A DNA stretch of 64,000 bases from an uncultured virus (IMG/VR IMGVR_UViG_2871731064_000001) (taxonomy: Duplodnaviria > Heunggongvirae > Uroviricota > Caudoviricetes), in the IMG/VR virus record IMGVR_UViG_2871731064_000001; one strand, given 5' to 3'. Positions 63,759 to 64,000 of this stretch are shown piece by piece. The notes beneath the pieces are model-generated. The model was not told where the DNA came from and searched no databases. It saw only the letters and a program-made list of their open reading frames with translations. Made by a program: the position numbers and the translations under genes. How positions within the stretch are numbered: position 1 is the stretch's first letter; every line of letters begins with the position of its first letter.

Positions 63759-64000
63759 ATGCCTGCTGCCGGTACGCTGGATTCCGTTTGCTCCGGACAC
63801 GGTGCCTTTCCTCCGCGACAGACTGCAGAGGCTGACGCGGGGCTGACAATCAACGGTAAGGCCGTGCTGGTGGACGGTAAGCTGTTTAAGGACCACACAG
63901 ACGGTAAAAGCACCCATAACGGCAAGGCGGTCTCTGGCCGTCCGTGGTTCACCATCAATGGCAAAGGCATTGTGTGCGTTGACGATCAGGTTTCATGCGG
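63759..64000 (+). CDS. PAAR spike-tip protein, truncated by the window end
   Basis: MPAAG…CSGHG.FPP…INGK…H…H.G…INGKGIV..DD.VSC. Confidence 0.85.
   Translation, partial: MPAAGTLDSVCSGHGAFPPRQTAEADAGLTINGKAVLVDGKLFKDHTDGKSTHNGKAVSGRPWFTINGKGIVCVDDQVSC

Overview
The window is about 64 kb of a P1-like (Punavirus-type) phage-plasmid. The host is probably Pantoea or Erwinia, inferred from a Cre-family recombinase next to a pox-like 34-bp site. Recognisable P1 backbone: ddrB tail, repL, pro, prt, darB-ulx-lxc, tciAB, lpa, pacAB with a TGATCA pac array, c1, lox/cre, an iteron replicon (repA with oriR and incA), ref, mat, tail/baseplate genes 26-25-7-24-6-5, hrdC, dmt and a PAAR gene. Departures from P1: a lambda-R-type endolysin, a ParM/ParR partition pair, two Pol V (umuDC-type) operons flanking a ~10-kb accessory island, and a zeta-type gene pair beside incA. 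The two most unusual signals are non-coding. (1) At 18.6-21.8 kb, an operator-preceded region carries repeated 'long hairpin + tRNA-like cloverleaf' RNA modules, none with a normal anticodon arm, interleaved with candidate anti-defence genes. (2) At 4.0-4.5 kb, a complete c4-type antisense RNA cassette has its target over the RBS of a Tad2/DUF2829-like gene instead of icd/ant. Two regulatory motifs can be read directly from the sequence: a TCTAA-N8-TTAGA operator and an AAATTACA-N7-(-10) late promoter. All family assignments come from visual motif recognition and synteny; no searches were run.
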